Of a stretch of DNA of 64,000 bases, positions 62,157 to 64,000 are shown in pieces. Numbering within the stretch: position 1 is the stretch's first letter; each line of letters opens with the position of its first letter. The notes under the pieces were generated by a model that saw only the letters and a list, made by a program, of their open reading frames with translations, was not told the DNA's origin and did no database searches. Both the position numbers and the translations under genes were made by a program. Source of the DNA: a virus. Taxonomy: Duplodnaviria; Caudoviricetes. The DNA is taken from the IMG/VR virus record IMGVR_UViG_3300025133_009061, positions 1 to 64,000 of that record; one strand, given 5' to 3'.

Positions 62157-64000
62157 CTTTTCCTCAAACTTCTCGCGACTCAATCTGCCCCTTCATGGAG
62201 TCCGCTTACCCAGTTTTAAAATTGAAGATAAGTATATAAATTTATTTTCTCTAAAAAAAGATATCTCTACTTACGACTTCCTAAGGACAATGTGCTTGCG
62301 AAGATTCGAAAAGCTTAATTTAAGCAAAAGCGACAAAAAGGAAGTTTATATAGATAGGATAAAACACGAACTCAAAATTCTCAAAGAATTAAATTTTGTA
62401 GATTATATACTACTTGTATGGAAAGTGGTAAATTATTGTAGGGAAAAAGATATTCCACTAGGATTAGGGAGGGGTTCTGCAGCGGGCAGCATGGTATTGT
62501 ACCTTCTTCAGATAACTCAGATCGATCCTGTAAAGTATAGTTTATTTTTTGAAAGATTCGTTTCTAAGACTCGAGCCAAAAAGAAAATAGTAGATGGAGT
62601 GGTGTATCTGGACGGCTCCTTAATGTGTGATGTAGATATCGATGTTTGCTACTACAGAAGACAGGAAGTGTTGAGATATTTAGAAGATGAATTTAAAGGT
62701 AGCACTTCGAAGATCCTCACTCTCAACACCTTAAGCGGGAAACTCGTCATGAAAGAATGCGGTAAAGTGGTTGGAGACAAGCAGGAAACCGAGATGAACC
62801 TTGTATCTTCCCTTATTCCAAAAGTTTTTGGACAAGTAAAGGATATTAAAGAAGCCTATGACGAAGTTCCCGAATTCGCCGAGTGGTGCGACAAAAACCC
62901 TAAAGTTTATAAAATAGCACTTAAGATACGAAACCTTATCAAAAATAAAGGAGTTCACCCTTCTGGGATTCTGCTTTCTCATGACAAAATGATAGAAAGC
63001 TGTCCTTGCGAACTTGATTCGAGTAAAGAGCCTGTTTCCTCATTTGATATGAATTGGGTTTCCATGTTCAATGTAAAGTTGGATGTTTTGGGATTAAGGA
63101 CAGTGTCTGTGGTTCACGAATGCTGCAACATTCTTAAGGAAACTCAAAATATCAATATCGAGCCGGGAGACATCAACCTTGATGACGAATTTATATATCA
63201 AAATCTTTACGACTTAAAACAAAGACACGGATTATTTCAAATAGAAGCGGACGCTAATTACGAAGTATGCCGAAAGGTTAAACCTAAAAACTTGGAGGAA
63301 CTTAGCGCCGTGTTAGCTTTGGGTCGTCCCGGTGCATTACAGTTTGTTGACCAGTATGCTGATTATACCAACAATGAAATTTACGAACCCATCCACGTTC
63401 TTTTTGACGAAATCCTAAAGAGCACCGGGGGGGTAGCTCTTTATCAAGAGCAGTTGATGCAAATGGCCAATGAGATAGGCTTTACGTTGGACGAAGCGGA
63501 AATATTACGTCGAATCGTAGGTAAGAAAAAAACCAAAGAGGTACGTAAGTGGAAGAAGAAGATTCGAGAAAAAGTTAAAGAAAACAGATTAAGCAACGAG
63601 TGGATAGGGTCAAAAGGGAGCGTCGATGTAGGAGATGTCTTATGGAAGATTCTTGAGGATTCTGCCAATTATTCGTTTAACAAATCCCATTCGATTTCGT
63701 ATGCGTCTTTGGCTGCTATAACGACCTATCTTAAATTTAAACATCCCAAAGAGTTTTTTCTGGCTTTACTTAAGATGACGCGCTTTGAGCCGGATCCTAT
63801 TGCTGAAATTGCTAAGGTAAGTAGGGAACTTCCTAAATTTGGGATGAAGTTGCTTTCACCTAATTTGCTTAAATCTAAAATGGACTTTTCAATTGAGGGA
63901 GACAATATTAGGTTTGGCTTAACTTCTATTAAGGGGATTTCTGATAAATCTATCCAAAAACTTGAGAGTTTTAAAGATAAATATTCCAACAAATTTGAAG
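62098..64000 (+). CDS. dnaE: DNA polymerase III alpha catalytic subunit without PHP, 3'-partial, absent from the ORF track
   Basis: Manual translation is open from ATG 62098 to the window end: GRGSAAGS, FERF, CDVDID, HPSG, KLDVLGL, RPG, YQEQ, YSFNKSH. The start codon is uncertain. Confidence 0.95.
   Translation, partial: MTTIVRPPSPKLKGKEERSNFSSNFSRLNLPLHGVRLPSFKIEDKYINLFSLKKDISTYDFLRTMCLRRFEKLNLSKSDKKEVYIDRIKHELKILKELNFVDYILLVWKVVNYCREKDIPLGLGRGSAAGSMVLYLLQITQIDPVKYSLFFERFVSKTRAKKKIVDGVVYLDGSLMCDVDIDVCYYRRQEVLRYLEDEFKGSTSKILTLNTLSGKLVMKECGKVVGDKQETEMNLVSSLIPKVFGQVKDIKEAYDEVPEFAEWCDKNPKVYKIALKIRNLIKNKGVHPSGILLSHDKMIESCPCELDSSKEPVSSFDMNWVSMFNVKLDVLGLRTVSVVHECCNILKETQNINIEPGDINLDDEFIYQNLYDLKQRHGLFQIEADANYEVCRKVKPKNLEELSAVLALGRPGALQFVDQYADYTNNEIYEPIHVLFDEILKSTGGVALYQEQLMQMANEIGFTLDEAEILRRIVGKKKTKEVRKWKKKIREKVKENRLSNEWIGSKGSVDVGDVLWKILEDSANYSFNKSHSISYASLAAITTYLKFKHPKEFFLALLKMTRFEPDPIAEIAKVSRELPKFGMKLLSPNLLKSKMDFSIEGDNIRFGLTSIKGISDKSIQKLESFKDKYSNKFE

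Noticed and set aside
325-63992. Many 60-150 aa antisense or nested ORFs in the track (for example 3860-4297, 12051-12512, 24071-24529, 29675-30037, 54955-55308)
   Set aside because: They lie opposite or within well-supported genes, and have no motifs or start context. They are treated as shadow ORFs.
1-64000. Stop-codon reassignment, as seen in some large phages
   Set aside because: Standard-code ORFs tile almost the whole window, and TAA, TAG and TGA all end genes at coupled junctions.
31558-64000. Inteins or introns in nrdJ, recA, dnaB and dnaE
   Set aside because: Lengths are normal, motifs are contiguous, and no C/S...HN-C/S/T splice junctions or homing endonuclease motifs were noticed.

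Overview
This is a 64-kb piece of a large, probably lytic, double-stranded DNA tailed phage with a non-contractile (siphovirus-type) tail. No host housekeeping operons, rRNA, tRNA, CRISPR array or integrase were seen. (1) 1-27 kb is the tail module: an internally duplicated tube protein, two putative chaperones, a 2249-aa tape measure protein, an inverted lambda-like M-L-K-I-J tip cassette, three more tube-like paralogues and an IPT/TIG-repeat protein. (2) 27-36 kb is a minus-strand accessory and nucleotide-metabolism block: orphan MbcA/ParS-like antitoxin, 2OG-Fe(II) oxygenase, secreted GspC/PilP-like protein, HAD enzyme, GT2, mini riboflavin kinase, class II RNR, Hsp20, dUTPase and dCMP deaminase. 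(3) 36.1-36.7 kb is a divergence point holding a promoter- and hairpin-bounded, densely structured ~380-nt candidate ncRNA. (4) 36.7-38.6 kb carries a dNMP kinase, a phage sigma factor and a putative SSB. (5) 38.6-53.9 kb is a ~15-kb nucleotide-sugar and glycosyltransferase island. (6) 54-64 kb is the replication and recombination block: RecA, nuclease, tubulin/FtsZ homologue, DnaB, DnaG, PD-(D/E)XK nuclease, and a DnaE split into PHP, DEDDh exonuclease and polymerase genes. The polymerase gene runs off the window and is missing from the ORF track. Three promoter classes can be read directly from the DNA: sigma70-like promoters with a conserved YCCCC spacer box, a GTGTAA(T/A) motif probably read by the phage sigma factor, and a perfect sigma54 promoter for hsp20. 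Many of these sit close enough to the start codon to give leaderless or near-leaderless mRNAs. All protein assignments come from motif recognition by eye; no database searches were run. A Verrucomicrobia/PVC host is only a weak inference.
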